Assembly: GCF_009914755.1 (NCBI RefSeq)
Contig: NC_060927.1
Reading direction: 5' to 3' (one strand)
Length of the DNA stretch: 64,000 nucleotides
Source: the human T2T-CHM13v2.0 reference genome, Homo sapiens
The position numbers and the translations under genes are program-made. Of this stretch, positions 1 to 13,030 are shown one piece after another. The notes below the pieces were generated by a model. It saw only the letters and a list, made by a program, of their open reading frames with translations. It was not told where the DNA came from and did no database searches. How positions within the stretch are numbered: the stretch's first letter is position 1; every line of letters starts with the position of its first letter.

Positions 1-1356
1 ACTCGTTATTGGTCTGTTCAGAGTTTCTATTTCTTCCTGATTTAATCTAGAAGGGTCGTATATTTCCGGGAATTATCCATCTCCTCTAGATTTTCTAGCT
101 TATGTGCATAAAGATGTTCATAGTAGCCTTGAATGATCTTTTATATTTTTGTAGTATTGTTTGTAATATCTCCCATTTCATTTCTAACTGAGCTTATTTG
201 GGTGATCTCTCTTCTTTTATTGGTTAATCTCACTAATGGTGTATTGGTTTTGTTTATCTTTTCAAAAAACCAGCTTTATCTTTCCAAAAACCAGCTTTTT
301 GTTTCATTTATCTTTTGTATTGTTTTTGTTTGTTTGTTTCAATTTCATTCAGTTCTGCTCTGATCTTTGTTATTTCTTTTCTTCTGCTGGGTTTGGGTTT
401 GGTTTGTTCTTGTTTCTCTAGTTCCTTAAAATGTGAGCTTAGATTGTCTATTTGTGCTCTTTCAGACTTTTTTGATGTGGACATTTAATGCTGTGAAGTT
501 TCCTCTTAGTAGTGCTTTTGCTGTATCCCAGAGGTTTTGATAGGTTGTGCCACTATTATTGTTCAGTTCAAATAATTTTTTATTTTCCATTTTGATTTTA
601 TTGTGACCCAAAGATCATTCAGGAGCAGACTATTTAATTTCTATGTATTTGTATAGTTTTGAGGGTTCCTTTTGGAGTTAATTTCCAATTTTATTCCACT
701 GTGGTCTGAGGGAGTATTGAATATAATTTCTATTTTTTCAAATTTATTGAGACGTTTTGTGGCCTATCATATGGTCTATCTTGGAGCATGTTCCATCTGC
801 TGATGAAAAGAATGTATATTCTGCAGTTCTTGGGTGGAATGTTCTGTAAATATCTGTTAGGTTCATTTTATCTAGGGTATAGTCCATTGTTTCTTTGTTG
901 ACTTTCTGTCTTGATAATCTATCTAGTGCTGTCAGTGGAGTATTGAAGTCCCCTACTATTATTGTGTTGCCATCTATCTCATTTCTTAGGTCTAGTAGTA
1001 ATCGTTTTATAAATTTGGAATCTCCAGTTTTATAAATTTAGGATTGTGATATTTTCCTGTTGGACCAATACTTTTATCATTATACAATGTCCCTTTTTGT
1101 CTTTTTGCTTTAAAGTCTGCTTTGTCTGATATTAGAATAGTGACTCCTGCTCTCTTTTGGTTTCCATTTGCATGGAATGTCTTTTTCCACCCCTTGATTA
1201 AGTTTCTGTGAGTCCTTATGTGTTCAGTGAGTCCCTTGAAGACAGCAGATACTTGGTTGGTGGAGTCTTACTTGCCATTCTGTATCTTTTAAATGGAGCA
1301 TTCAGGCCATTTACATTCAATGTTTTTATTGAGATGTGAGGTACTGTTCTATTCAT
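1..1356 (-). pseudogene. Degenerate L1 ORF2 N-terminus (APE-like endonuclease domain)
   Basis: Reverse complement from 1356 reads MNRTVPHISIKTLNVNGLNAPFKRYRMA, with the L1 EN motif TLNVNGLN. No long minus-strand ORF remains in the track, so it is disrupted. Confidence 0.88.
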
Positions 1357-1459
1357 CATGCTAATTGTTGCCTAAATACCTTAGTTTTTTTTTTCTATTG
1401 TGTTATTGTTTTATAGGCCCTGTGAGATTTATGCTTTAAGGAGGTTCCATTTTGGTGTA

Positions 1460-2445
1460 TTTCAAGATTTTGTTTCAAAATTTAGAACTTCATTTAGCAT
1501 TTCTTATGGTGCTAGCTTGGTAGTGGCAAATTCTCTCAACATTTATTTGCCTGAAAAAGACTTTATCTCTCCTTCATTTATGAAGCATAGTTTCCCTAGA
1601 TACAGAATTCTTGGCTGACAATTATTTTGTTTAAGGAGGCTACAGATAGGACCCCCATCCCTTCTGGCTTGTAGGGTTCCTGCTGAGAAATCTGCTGTTA
1701 ATCTGATAGGTTTTCATTTATAGGTTACCTGATGCTTTTGCCTCATGGCACTTAAGATTCTTTCCTTTGCCTTGACTTTAGATAATCTGATGACTACGTG
1801 CCTAGATGATGACATTTCATGATGAATTTCAGGGTGTTTTTTGAGCTTCTTGTATTTGGATGTCTATATCTCTAGCAAGACCAGGGAACTTTCATTTGAT
1901 TACTCCCTCAAATAAGTTTTCCAAACTTTTAGATTTCTCTTCTTTCTCAGAATACCAATTACTCTTATGTTTGGTCATTTAACATAATCCTAAGTTTCTT
2001 GGAGGCTTTGTTCATTATTTCACTTCTTTTCCTTGTCTTTGTCAGATTGGGTTAATTACAAAGCCTTGTCTTTGAGCTCTTAAGTTCCTTCTTCTACTCA
2101 TTCGAGTCTATTGTTGAAACTTTCTCGTGTATTTTGCATTTCTCTAAGTGTGTCTTTCATTTCCAGAGGTTGTAATTGTCTTTTCTTTATGATATCTATT
2201 TCTTTGGAGACTTTTTCGTCAATATTCTGTATTTTTAAAAAATTTATTTATGTTGGTTTTCGCCTTTCTCTGGTTCCTCCTTGAATAGCTTAATAATCAA
2301 CCTTCTGAATTCTTTATCTGGCAATTCAGAGATTTCTTCTTGGTTTGGATCCATTGCTGGAGAGCTAGGATGATCTTCTGGAGGTGTTATAGAACCCTGT
2401 TTTGTCATATTACCAGAATTACTTTTTTGGTCTCTTCTTATTCAT
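1460..2445 (-). pseudogene. Degenerate L1 ORF1
   Basis: ATG at 2445, then ...NSGNMTKQGSITPPEDHPSSPAMDPNQEEISELPDKEFRR, typical of L1PB ORF1. 3' end approximate. Confidence 0.8.
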
Positions 2446-4317
2446 TTGGGTAGACTGTTTCAGTCAAAAGATCTGAAACTCAAGTTCTGCTGTTCAGATT
2501 CTTTTGTCCCACAGGGTGATTCCTTGATGTGGTGCTCTCCCCCTTTCCCTAGAAACGGGGCTTCCTAAAAGCCAGATTGCAGTGATCGTTATTGCCCTTC
2601 TGGGTCAAGCCACCCAACAGGGCTACTGGGCTCCAGGCTGGTGCTGGTGAATGTCTGCAAAGAGTCCTGTGATGTGATCCATCTTCAGGTCTCCCAGCTG
2701 TGCATACCAGCATCTACTCTGGTGGAGGTGGCAGAGGAGTGAGGTGGACTCTGGGAGTACTTGGTTGTAGTTTTTTTAGTGCACTGGTTTTCTTGAATGT
2801 GGTTATGCTTGCAGTGAAGTTGTCACATTGACAGACTCAGGACCTCTGGTTGGCTAGGGTGTTGCAGGCAGTGGAATTAGCTATTGTTATCTCCATTTTT
2901 GGAGGAGGGTGGTTCTGTTATGAGTTGCTGTAATGTCTTGAGTTGGCTGGCCTCCAGCCAGGAGATGGCACTTTCAAGAGATCATCGGGTGCTGTAGTAG
3001 AAGGGGGATTTAGGCTAGCCCCACATTGGCCAGGATAAGTACTTGGATCTCTTAGGCAGTGGGAGGGGCCATAGAGCTCCCAAGAGTTTACGTCTTTTGT
3101 CTTCAGTTACCAGGGCAAGTAGAGAAAAATCATCAGATGGGGGCAGGGTTAGATAAGTCTGAGCTCAGACTCTCCTTGAGCAGGGCTTGCTGCAGCCGGG
3201 GGATTGGGAGTGGTTCTCAGGCCAATGGAGTTATGTTCCCAGGGGGATTATGGCTGCCTCTGCTGCATCATACAGGTCACCAGTGAAGCAAGGGAAAGCT
3301 GGCAGTGACAGGCCTTACCCAGTTCCCATGCAGCCAGCAAGTCCAGCCTCACTCCTGCCATGCCCCACCAACAACACCAGGTTTATATCCAAGCAGCTGG
3401 AGAGCAGGGCTGAGATCTTGTCCCAGGCTATAAGCCTCCTTGCTGAGTAAGGAAGCAGGACTGTCAGAACTTGTCCCACCCTGCCTGCCCACACTGTCAG
3501 CTGTGGCTTCTGTGCTGTCATCTGCACTTCCCATTCACACTCCACCCCAGATTCTGCTCAGGAAAATTTGTGCTCACTCGAAATTATTTCAAAGTTCAGT
3601 TAGAAGCATTCTTTACCCCATGGCCTATCTCCAATTCCACTGGCTACCTTCTCCGAGGACCCCAGTGTGATAAAGCCAGTAATGGCTTCCTTGGGCTGCA
3701 GCTGGGGACTGACTGGCAGTGCCTACAGGGCTCTTCCTGCTGCTTCTTCTACTTTTATATTTTGTTTGACTCCCTAGATCTGTTTCAGCTCTAGGTAAGG
3801 TTAAATCCTTCTCCTGTGATCTGGATTTTCAGGTTCTCCAGTGGGGATGTGTGTCCAGAGGCAGACCTTTCCCCAGGCACACTTTGGGAGCTCACAGGTT
3901 TTCACCTGTCTTGTCTAGTTTACAGCAGCAAGCCACTTCTTTCAAAGGGTCTGTGAATTCTTTCAGTTTTCCTGGTATGTTCCTGTGGTGGTTCTTGGAG
4001 AAAATTTTCACAATGTGAGTCTCCCATGCTGTTCTGTCCATCCAAGTTGGAGCTCATATGATTTATTCTTATAGTGATTGCCTGACCTAATCCCCTACAG
4101 TGCAGTTGAATAGCAAGGCTTTATGACAGCAGACAAGAGCTTTGGTAGCCAAGCCCCCTTCTGGAGATTTTGTAATTATTTTTATTTCTCCAGAAAAATT
4201 AAAACAAGTTATTTTCTGGTATTCAACTGAGCCCCATTTTGTGCTCTTAGAGGACATGGAAGAATCACTTCAGATCCCTGCCTGGGGCTGGTGAACTTAT
4301 GGAATGTTGCTATTTAT

Positions 4318-4432
4318 CATCCACTCATTCATTCAACAGAAAATGGGGAGCACCTTGTATAGGCCAAGCAGATGGACGAAGACAAGGATGGATAAGACAC
4401 AGTCCCTGTCCTCAAAAATGCTTACAGTCTAA
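4318..4432 (-). mobile_element. L2 LINE 3' end
   Basis: cattcattcaac...ataagacacagtccctgtcctcaaaaatgcttacagtcta is the reverse complement of the L2 3' tail. Confidence 0.75.
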
Positions 4433-4519
4433 CACCTTGAAGTCTAGTGTAGGTGCTTATACACTAGACTTCAAGGTGTTAGACTGTAAGCATTTTTGGG
4501 CGCAGGGACTGTGTCTTAT
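4392..4519. repeat. Inverted repeat with 60-bp arms and an 8-nt loop
   Basis: Arms 4392-4451 and 4460-4519. The inner 39 bp (4413-4451 vs 4460-4498) are perfectly complementary; 3 mismatches overall. Confidence 0.97.
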
Positions 4520-4559
4520 AGAGCAGGTGCTTATACTCTAGACTTCAAGGTGTTGCCCC

Positions 4560-4760
4560 ATGCTATCTCTTGCCCCTGAGCTTTTCCTCTTGTTTCCCCT
4601 CTCCCTGGAGTGCTTTTCTCCTAATCCTTTCCCATTTTTCATATTTGGACTGTTTTCTTGAAATCATTGTTTAAGACTCAACTAAGGGATCACATTCTCC
4701 AGGAATCCACTCCTGACTCTCCTTCCACCTTCCAGGGTAGATTAGGGACCACTCCTCAGG
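4560..4760 (+). mobile_element. L2 fragment
   Basis: ccctggagtgcttttctc...aagactcaactaagggatcacattctccaggaatcc resembles L2 3' region. Confidence 0.5.
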
Positions 4761-4784
4761 GCTTCCATTCCTTCTTCTAGTGGA

Positions 4785-5085
4785 AGACTCCACCCACCTG
4801 GCCTCAAGAATAGGCATATGATACAAATTAGAAGAATCAAAGCATCCAGTCTCCCTCACCCTGTGATTAGTACAAAGATGGGTGTGTGGTCCAAGCAAGC
4901 CAATCAGGGTTCTTCCTTATAATTTTTCTAACTGAAGTTGGTAGAGAAGAATTCTTTTTTTAAATCTCCCCCTAAAATTGAGTTGCCAGCAGCCATGCTT
5001 CCTAATAAGTGGAGTAATTTAGTCTAAAATCAGAAAATCAACATAAAAAAGAAGCAGAAATAAGAGATGGATATAGAGACAGAGA
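4785..5085 (+). mobile_element. Old ERVL/MaLR LTR fragment (MLT1K/L-like)
   Basis: gtgattagtacaaagatgggtgtgtggtccaagcaagccaatcagggttcttcc resembles old MaLR LTRs. Confidence 0.45.
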
Positions 5086-5611
5086 ATTGCTATTGCAATG
5101 TGCTGTTGCAGCACAAAACAAGACGGCTGTTTTTGTGTAAAACATTTTTAAAGATAATATAGTAGACATGTTTAAAGACATTCTCAGCAAATAAATAATG
5201 AATTTGATAAGTTTTCTCTCAGCAATCAAAAAAATCAATGAAGTTAATCACCTGAAATCAGAGTTAAATATCCCAGAAAAAAATCTAAACTATTTTTAAC
5301 ACTATCTGAGCTAGCAACTTTGGTCAATTATAAAATGGTTTAGATTCTTGCAAACATACATACAACAATTTTAGACAAAGTGATCATTAAAACAAATAGA
5401 AACTCTTAAGTTATGGAAATTTTATTAGAAAATTATGAATACATAAAAGATATTCTACTAATTATGAGACATTTTCAATTAAGCCACCAAACAATTGCTT
5501 ATAGAATACAAGATGTTTTAATAATATCAAAAACCAACTGATTCAACATTTGTTAAATTCCAAGTACTTTTCTTTAGCTTTGTAAAATCGTACACTATAG
5601 AAGATACTGCC

Positions 5612-5977
5612 TGATATGGTTTGGCTCTGTGTCCCCACTCAAATCTCATCTTGTAGCTCCCACAATTCCCACATGTTATGGGAGGGACTGGGTGGATGAT
5701 TAAATCACGGGGGTGGGTCTTTCCCATGATGTTCTGATGATAGTGAATGGGTCTCATGAGATCTGATGGTTTTAAAAACAGGAGTGTCCCTGCACAAGCT
5801 CTCTTTCTTTGCCTGCTGCCATCCATGTAAGACGTGACTTGCTCCTCCTTGCCTTCCACCATGATTGTGAGGCCTCCTCAGTCACATGGAACTGCAAGTC
5901 CATTAAACCCTTTTTCCTGTATAAATTACCCAGTCTTGGGCACATTTTTATCAACAGCATGAAAACAGACTAATACA
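5612..5977 (+). mobile_element. THE1B-like MaLR solo LTR
   Basis: Starts tgatatggtttggctctgtgtcccc, ends gaaaacagactaataca; TSD ctgcc/ctgct. Confidence 0.92.
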
Positions 5978-6987
5978 CTGCTCAATTAATTTTTTGTGTA
6001 CAAGTTGTCTGAAAAGACTCTCAAATTTACAAAGAAATGTCAATTTACGCCCTACAAAACCAAATTCATGGTGTAGGTATCTTTTGTATCTGTCAAATAA
6101 GAATTTCAGCTAAGCATGAAAATTTAGTTTCTAGCATGATAGACAGTGCTCCAGCTATGTTAGATTAAAAATCCAGATTCACTGGAATTCTAAAACAAGA
6201 GGCCAATGTTTTCATTTATGAAAATATTTTTCTGTAGCCTTCTAAAGAAGCGTCTATGGGGAGAGTCATACATAGAGGTGTTCTAACCATTCAGTACACA
6301 TGTGCAAATGTGTGAATTATTGCCAGTTTATGGAAAGGACTAAAAATTAAAAGACAGTAAATTGAATGATCTTGTGTTCTTTACCAATGTCTATAGGTTG
6401 AATGGTGGAAGAATTTTAGAAGGATTTGCTGTGCTAATTCCAATTCAAAAATTTTCTTTAACAAAAAGCAATGCTTGCTAAACACTAAATCATCAAAGAC
6501 AAAATATAGCATTATCACACTGCATATGAATGAGTTAAATTTGAAAGGAAAAGAAAAGCTTATTTGTTACCTAGTTAGTCAGGTATAAAAATTTATGCTA
6601 AAATTGATGATAATTTTTACAATAAATATCAATAATAATGATTGTGTATATTTCTAACATGAAGATTTTAATTGAAAGCAATAGCATAATTTAAGTTGAC
6701 TGCAAAAACTACACGAAAATTTGAAGTATGGGCTGTTGGCATGCTTTGTAGGTAAATTAGTTACTTTTCAATATATGCAATATTTCTTTGAATTCTGTGC
6801 TAATAATACTAAGTTGTTCCAGGAGTTAGAGTCATTTAACTCAGACAGAAGTAATTTTGAAACTAATATGTTTTTGCTTCAAAGTTACATTAATTCTTCA
6901 AAAAAAGATGAACCAGTTTTTTGATGTAAATATGAATATTAAAGAAAAGTGAATTTTTGATATTTGATTCCATTACTGATAAATTTG

Positions 6988-7532
6988 TTTTCTTTTTTCT
7001 TTATTAACTCTTATTTTAAGTTGAGAGTTACATGTGCAGGTTTGTTATACAGGTAAATTTGCGTCTGGGGGTTTGTTGTACAGATTATTTTTTCACCCAT
7101 GTATTAAGCCTAATACTCACTGTTATTTTTCCTGATCCTTTCCCTCCTCCCACCGTCCACCCTCCAATAGACCCCAGTGTGTGTTGTTCCCCTCTATGTG
7201 TCTATGTGTTCTCATCATTTAGCTCTCGCTTATAAGAAAGAACACGTGGTATTTGGTTTTCTGTTCCTGCATTATTTTTCTAAGGATAATGGCCTCCTAC
7301 TCCATCCATGTTCCTGCAAAGAACATGATCTTGTTCTTCTTCATGGCTGCATAGTACTCCATGGTGTATATGTACCACATTTTCTTTATCCAGTCTACAA
7401 TTGATGAGCATTTAGGTTGATTCCATGTCTGCTATTGTGAATAGTGCTGCAATGAATATATGTGTGCATATGTCTTTATAATAGAACAATTTACACTCTC
7501 TTAGGTATATACCCAGTAATGGGATTTTGGGA
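6988..7532 (-). mobile_element. L1PA (older, about PA13-16) 3' end fragment
   Basis: T-rich tail followed by acatgtgcaggtttgttatacaggtaaa...ggtatatacccagtaatgggat. Confidence 0.88.
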
Positions 7533-7911
7533 TCTTGTAAGTATATTTGAAACAACTTGAATATGTGAGTCTCTGTAAACTTTATGAAATCTAAATACAG
7601 ATCAAATATTTCCAGGGAAAATTTAGTGCCTAAATTAAGATGTGCTCTAAACATAAAATACACAGTGGATATTCATGACTTTGTTTCAAAAAAAGCAAAA
7701 TATCTCATCATTAATTTTTTATATTGAGTACATACTGGAATAATAATATTTTGGATCTATTGAATTAAGTGTGTTGTTAAAATTAATTTCTTCTGTTTAT
7801 TTTTGTTTTCTTAATGTGGCCATCAGAAAACTTAAACTCACATCTGCATCTCATATTCCCGTTCTATTGGATAGCACTAGAGTATGCATCCTTCACTGGG
7901 GCTTGTGTCTG

Positions 7912-8150
7912 AATAGCTACAATATATATTACCACTTGTACCATGCCAGAGATTGTGCTAAGAGCTTCACAAACATATTTAACCTCAAAACAACTCAACC
8001 TCAAAACCACACACATTTAACCACAAAACAACAATGAGGTAAGTTTACTGATAGGAAAATTGAGGCTCAAAGATGTTAGGTAATTTGCCCAGGGTCACAC
8101 ATCCAGTAAGTACAACCAGACTTCCAACTCAGAATCCCCAAATCTATGCC
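7912..8150 (-). mobile_element. MIR SINE
   Basis: Core sequence ggaaaattgaggctcaaagatgttaggtaatttgcccagggtcacac. Confidence 0.8.
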
Positions 8151-9597
8151 TTTAGTCAGAACTGTGGCATCCATTACTCGCCCACTATTGGTGCTTCCAT
8201 GCAGGAATTCCTTCTCTGCATTTCTCAGGAAATGTATGTTTCCCAAATAGTAAGAAAAATCAATCAAGGAATTGAGAAAATAGAAAAAAAGTATTATAAT
8301 TCTTTTTTGAGAATCAAAGATCAACAATTAACATAGAAATATTCCTGGTCAAAGGCATCTGCTGATGTCATGTCAAAAGCAAGAGCAAGAAACATTGACA
8401 CACGAAGTTCAAGGCTAAGGTCAAAATTTCCTGGAACAGGGACAGGAGCACACAGAAGAGAAGTGGCCACAATCTCACTGGCCAGTCTTGCCTGTAGCTA
8501 CCGTCTTGTCATCAACGTGTGTTCCTGGATTTTCTGCTGCAAACAGTGAGTCACTCCTCCAAATACAATAACTATTACTGTGTTTATATTATAGTAAACA
8601 TTATGCAAATTCTATGAATGGTATTCAGAGAAAGAACAAGTTTTGGAAACAAAGAAAGTCTTTGAATTGGCAATTCCCACAGATGATTCTGAGAGGCCCT
8701 GTTAACCTTGCGAGGAAATCAGATGTTACATTAGTCAATACTACCCAGTGAGGTTCACTGGTGATTTCCAGCATTTGAATATTTCCAGGAAGCTTTAGTT
8801 TTTTACACCTACTACCAAAGTGTAAATGCTTTATAAATATTACCAAATACAAATATTTTACAAAGGCTACCAAACTTAATATTTCTTCTTATTTGTTAAA
8901 TAAAAATTTTTAGATATCCATAGTAATGAAGAAAGAGCATGAAGAATGTTGGAGAATCTTTTTTAAATAACTTATAATTTTGGTAATTCTGGAGAATTCC
9001 CAGAAATTCCTATTTTTTTATGCCAAAATCCCAAAGATCAATGTCTGTCAAGAATTTGGAAATAGCTCCTGGCATCTTAGGCCTTTAAGACTGTTCATTG
9101 AAGGAAAGAATAAAGGAAGGGACAGGATCCACAGCACTGCGGTATTTCTCGCATGGAAATAGAAGAGAAGGAAAGAGCTAGATACTCTTTGTCTAGATAC
9201 TAATAAGGTGACTAAACCTATGGCTGTGGGTAGAAAGTGTAGTTGTTTCCATGAAAGGCCTCTGTCTTCTAATGATACAAAATTAGGGTCATTCATTGAG
9301 AGGAAGGCAGGAAGTGGCTGGCAGACAGGGCTCCTAAGAGACTTACAAAGGTTTGAAATTACCCCGAGGGAGGATGAGAGTTGCCGTGGAATGCCTGGGA
9401 GGTCTTGTGGGTACCAGAGTTCTTAGCTGAAGTCTAAGCACTCACTACAGTAGAGAAAGGAAGCACGCGACAGGCTCCCAGTGCCACAGAACCTTATGGA
9501 TTTTCTGAGTAGGCCCGGGGTACCCACATCCACACACAAGCACAGCCACACACACGCTCTCATAAACCGCATCTGGAACAGTGTGTGGGTGTCACTA

Positions 9598-10140
<543 letters not shown>

Positions 10141-10478
10141 CTACCAGCTCTAGGAGGAACCCAAATTTGGCTCTTCTCAAAAACTAAGAGTCAGGTGGCC
10201 TGGTTTCCAGCCTCAGCTATATCACTAGTTTAGTGAGTGACCCTGGGCTTCTCTGAGGTCCAGCGTGATCTTCTGGTTAGTGGGGCATTTCTCTAGGCAT
10301 GTTTGTGCTCTGTTAGCTTTCTGCCTCAAGAAACAGAGACTTACATATAGTTCTGCACCTGGAAGGACATTCAGAGTCCAAGGTGCCCTTTGTGGGTTCA
10401 GTGTACACCTGTGGCAGCTGCAGGGGCTTGCTGTCCTTAGCTCTAGTACTCATGTTACTATAGATGGAGCTAGGTTCC

Positions 10479-10481
<3 letters not shown>

Positions 10482-10523
<42 letters not shown>
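10482..10523. repeat. (TG)21 microsatellite
   Basis: Direct read; alternating purine-pyrimidine sequence continues as catgtgcgtgcac. Confidence 0.97.
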
Positions 10524-10524
<1 letters not shown>

Positions 10525-10899
10525 ATGTGCGTGCACTTCTCCTTGGATGCCTGCTTGCTTCTGTCTCTCATGGACCATTCAGAGAGAGAGAGATAATCTG
10601 ATTGGCTTGGAAACATCCATCTTTCTGGTTTGGGCTTAACCTTTTCGGCTAAGCCATCTCATAGAACAGTTGCCCAGCCTACAGCTCAGCTGCCTTCGGG
10701 TCAGGTGCCCACCACAACTCTCTCAGCTGTGTCCAGAAGGGATTGGCCATGTGACAGAATGTGGCAACTGTGAGCTCAGGACTCCCCCAGCTGCTCCCTT
10801 TTGGGGGCTGTAAGACACCAGGCATCCTGCTCCCCAGAGCTCCCTCCAGCTCTGGCACTTATGGAGGTTAACCTATCCCAACCCCATGCTCCACCTCCT

Positions 10900-11095
10900 A
10901 ATAACATTTGATTGTATGCCAGCTGGTGCCGGACTCTGAGCTGGCGGGCGTATGTTACACTCTATACTTCTCTCAGTGGCTCTCCAAGTTAGATGGGCCC
11001 GTCTTTACAGAAACAGAAACTAAGGCCCAGTAAGTTAAAGTCACTCAGATAATAAGGGGTGGAACCAGGAGTAGAACATAGGTCTATGTAATGCT
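10900..11095 (-). mobile_element. MIR SINE
   Basis: tttacagaaacagaaactaaggcccagtaagttaaagtcac. Confidence 0.6.
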
Positions 11096-12100
11096 AGGAC
11101 TTATTTTCTTTCTATTGTTACCCTTATGTTTCCTTGCAAAATCTTTATAATCAATTTCTCCCTTAGACCCTGCATCTCAAAGAACAGTAATGTATTCAAG
11201 AGAAGAACAACCATGGCAGGAATCTGACAATAATCATCCATATCTACTCCCTTCTCCAAGCAGAAGTGCAAGGGTTCGCAGGCCAGCCCTGCCTTCCAGG
11301 CCGCTGACAACATCCAGAGCTGGCTACACAGCACGGCCCCCTCCAGGCCCAGCAGAGGCGGCAGAGAGACATCCCGGAAATAAATTAAAACAGACTGATT
11401 ATCCTCTCTGGGTGTAGCTTAAACCATATCAGAAAAATTGCCTAGAAATAAAATTGGATAGCAGCCCTGACAAACCAGTGCAAGTAATTATATCAACTTG
11501 ATGGCAATAATTATTTTTCATAAAACTCAGTTACTTCCCACCTCCAATAAATCTACCGTAGGATAATTCTGTAATATGTTTTCACTGTACATAAAACCAG
11601 GAGTCGTCACCAAGTGTGCCGTGAATATGCATTGAGTTTCATACCTTCTCCAAAGACCTTGAACTGTCTGTGGATCCTGCAGCTCATTGACAAACACCCG
11701 GGCCTCACAGATGCCAGGACAGCTCTTTGGGTAGGGCCTGGGGGTTGTGCCATGGCCTGGTGTCAACCTTGCAGCACTTCTGAGTTTTGCTAAGAAACAG
11801 TCTTCACGGTGTTAGGGAGGACACTCTGACAAGATGGTGGCGGGGAGGAGAATGGAGAACATTAGGGGATTTGGATCCATTAAGCACCCTCCTTCCATTT
11901 CTCCTGTTTCTCCTCCTGTTCTACGGTCATAGACACACAGCAGTAGTTCCCTCTTTTAAGAGAGCGTTGGCTGGGTTCGGAATGCGGTGCACTAGTCCCA
12001 GCCTTGCCAGTCAACCTGCTGTGGCCTTGCTAACCCTCATCGCTTCTTTGGACATCTGGTTTCTCATCTGTAAAGATACAGATAATGCCACTTTACTTCA

Positions 12101-12278
12101 TTTATTTATTTTCTTTTTTTTAAAAAAAAATATGAGATGGAGTCTTGCTCTGTCACCCAGGCTGGAGTGAGGTGGTATGACCCAGCTCACTGCAGCCTCG
12201 AACCCTTGGACTCAGGGAATCCTCCCACCTCAGCCTCTTGAGTAGTGGGGTTACAGGCCCACATCTCCATGCCTAGCT
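12101..12278 (-). mobile_element. Alu right monomer (AluJ/FRAM-like)
   Basis: gagatggagtcttgctctgtcacccaggctggag...ccatgcctagct. Confidence 0.88.
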
Positions 12279-12279
12279 G

Positions 12280-13030
12280 CTTTTTTTTTTAATTAAAGAC
12301 TTTATTTGAAGAAAATTTAGGTTCATAGCTGTATCAGTCTGTGCTCGCATTGCTATAAAGAAATCCCTGAGACTGGGTGCTTTATAAAGAAAAGAGGTCT
12401 AACTGGCTCATGGTTCGACAGGCTGTACCGGAAGCATAGAGGCTTTTGCCTGGCTTCCGGGGAGGCTCTGGGAAATTTTAGATTGTGGAGAAAGGCGAAG
12501 GGGAAGCAGAACTGTCTTGAACGTTTTATACGGCTGGAGCCGGAGCAAGAGAGAGAGGCTGGGAGGTGCTGCACACTTTTAAACAACCAGGTCTCATGAG
12601 AACTGTATCATGAGAATAGTACCAGGGACAGGGTGCTAAACCATTCATGAGAAACCACCCCAATGATCCAATCACCTCTCACCAGGCCCCATCTCCAACA
12701 CTGGGGATTACAATTCAACCTGAGATTTGGGTGGGGACACAGATAAACCATATCAACAGCAAAACAGCAGGAGGCACAGAGATTTCCCATATATCTGCTG
12801 CCCCCACACTTATATCGCTCCCCCATTGTCAACATCCTCCACCGAATGGTATAGTTGTTACAGTCGGTGAACCTACATTGCCACGTCATCACCCAAAGCT
12901 CATAGTTTACATTAGGGCTCCCTTTTGGTGTTGTACATTCTATGGGCTTGGACAAGTGTATGATGATATGTAAACACCATACGGTGCTTTCACTTCCCTA
13001 AAAATCCTCTGTGTTCCAACTATTTCACCC
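12280..13030 (-). mobile_element. L1MC-like 3' end, split by an MSTA LTR
   Basis: ggtgaacctacattgccacgtcatcacccaaagctcatagtttacattagggc...tgtacattctatgggc. Confidence 0.72.
12330..12755 (-). mobile_element. MSTA-like MaLR solo LTR
   Basis: tgtatcagtctgtgctcgcattgctataaag...ggggacacagataaaccatatca; TSD atagc/acagc. Confidence 0.9.

Larger units (their letters stand above)
1..4055 (-). mobile_element. LINE-1 5' half (5'UTR, ORF1, start of ORF2), L1PB-like; continues beyond the left edge of the window
   Basis: Minus-strand translation gives the L1 ORF2 N-terminus and an L1PB-type ORF1 N-terminus. A GC-richer 5'UTR lies at about 2450-4055. Confidence 0.9.
5090..7880 (+). mobile_element. hAT-Charlie DNA transposon fossil (Charlie5/MER33 family), interrupted by THE1B and an L1PA fragment
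   Basis: The 3' end (7660-7880) matches the MER33 terminus (ttaatgtggcca...ctattggatagcactag). 7535-7650 encodes a degenerate hAT dimerisation domain (SIFETT*ICES..VNFMKSKYRS). Confidence 0.72.

Noticed and set aside
253-295. About 22-bp tandem duplication in L1 ORF2, and a 13-bp duplication at 55967-55992
   Set aside because: Ordinary slippage events with no sign of function.
1-4055. Possibility of an active LINE-1
   Set aside because: Old L1PB-like element; neither ORF1 nor ORF2 is open on the minus strand.
10161-10170. Perfect CArG box ccaaatttgg, plus scattered AP-1 (tgagtca) and partial CTCF-like words elsewhere
   Set aside because: Several such short motifs are expected by chance in 64 kb, and there is no supporting cluster.
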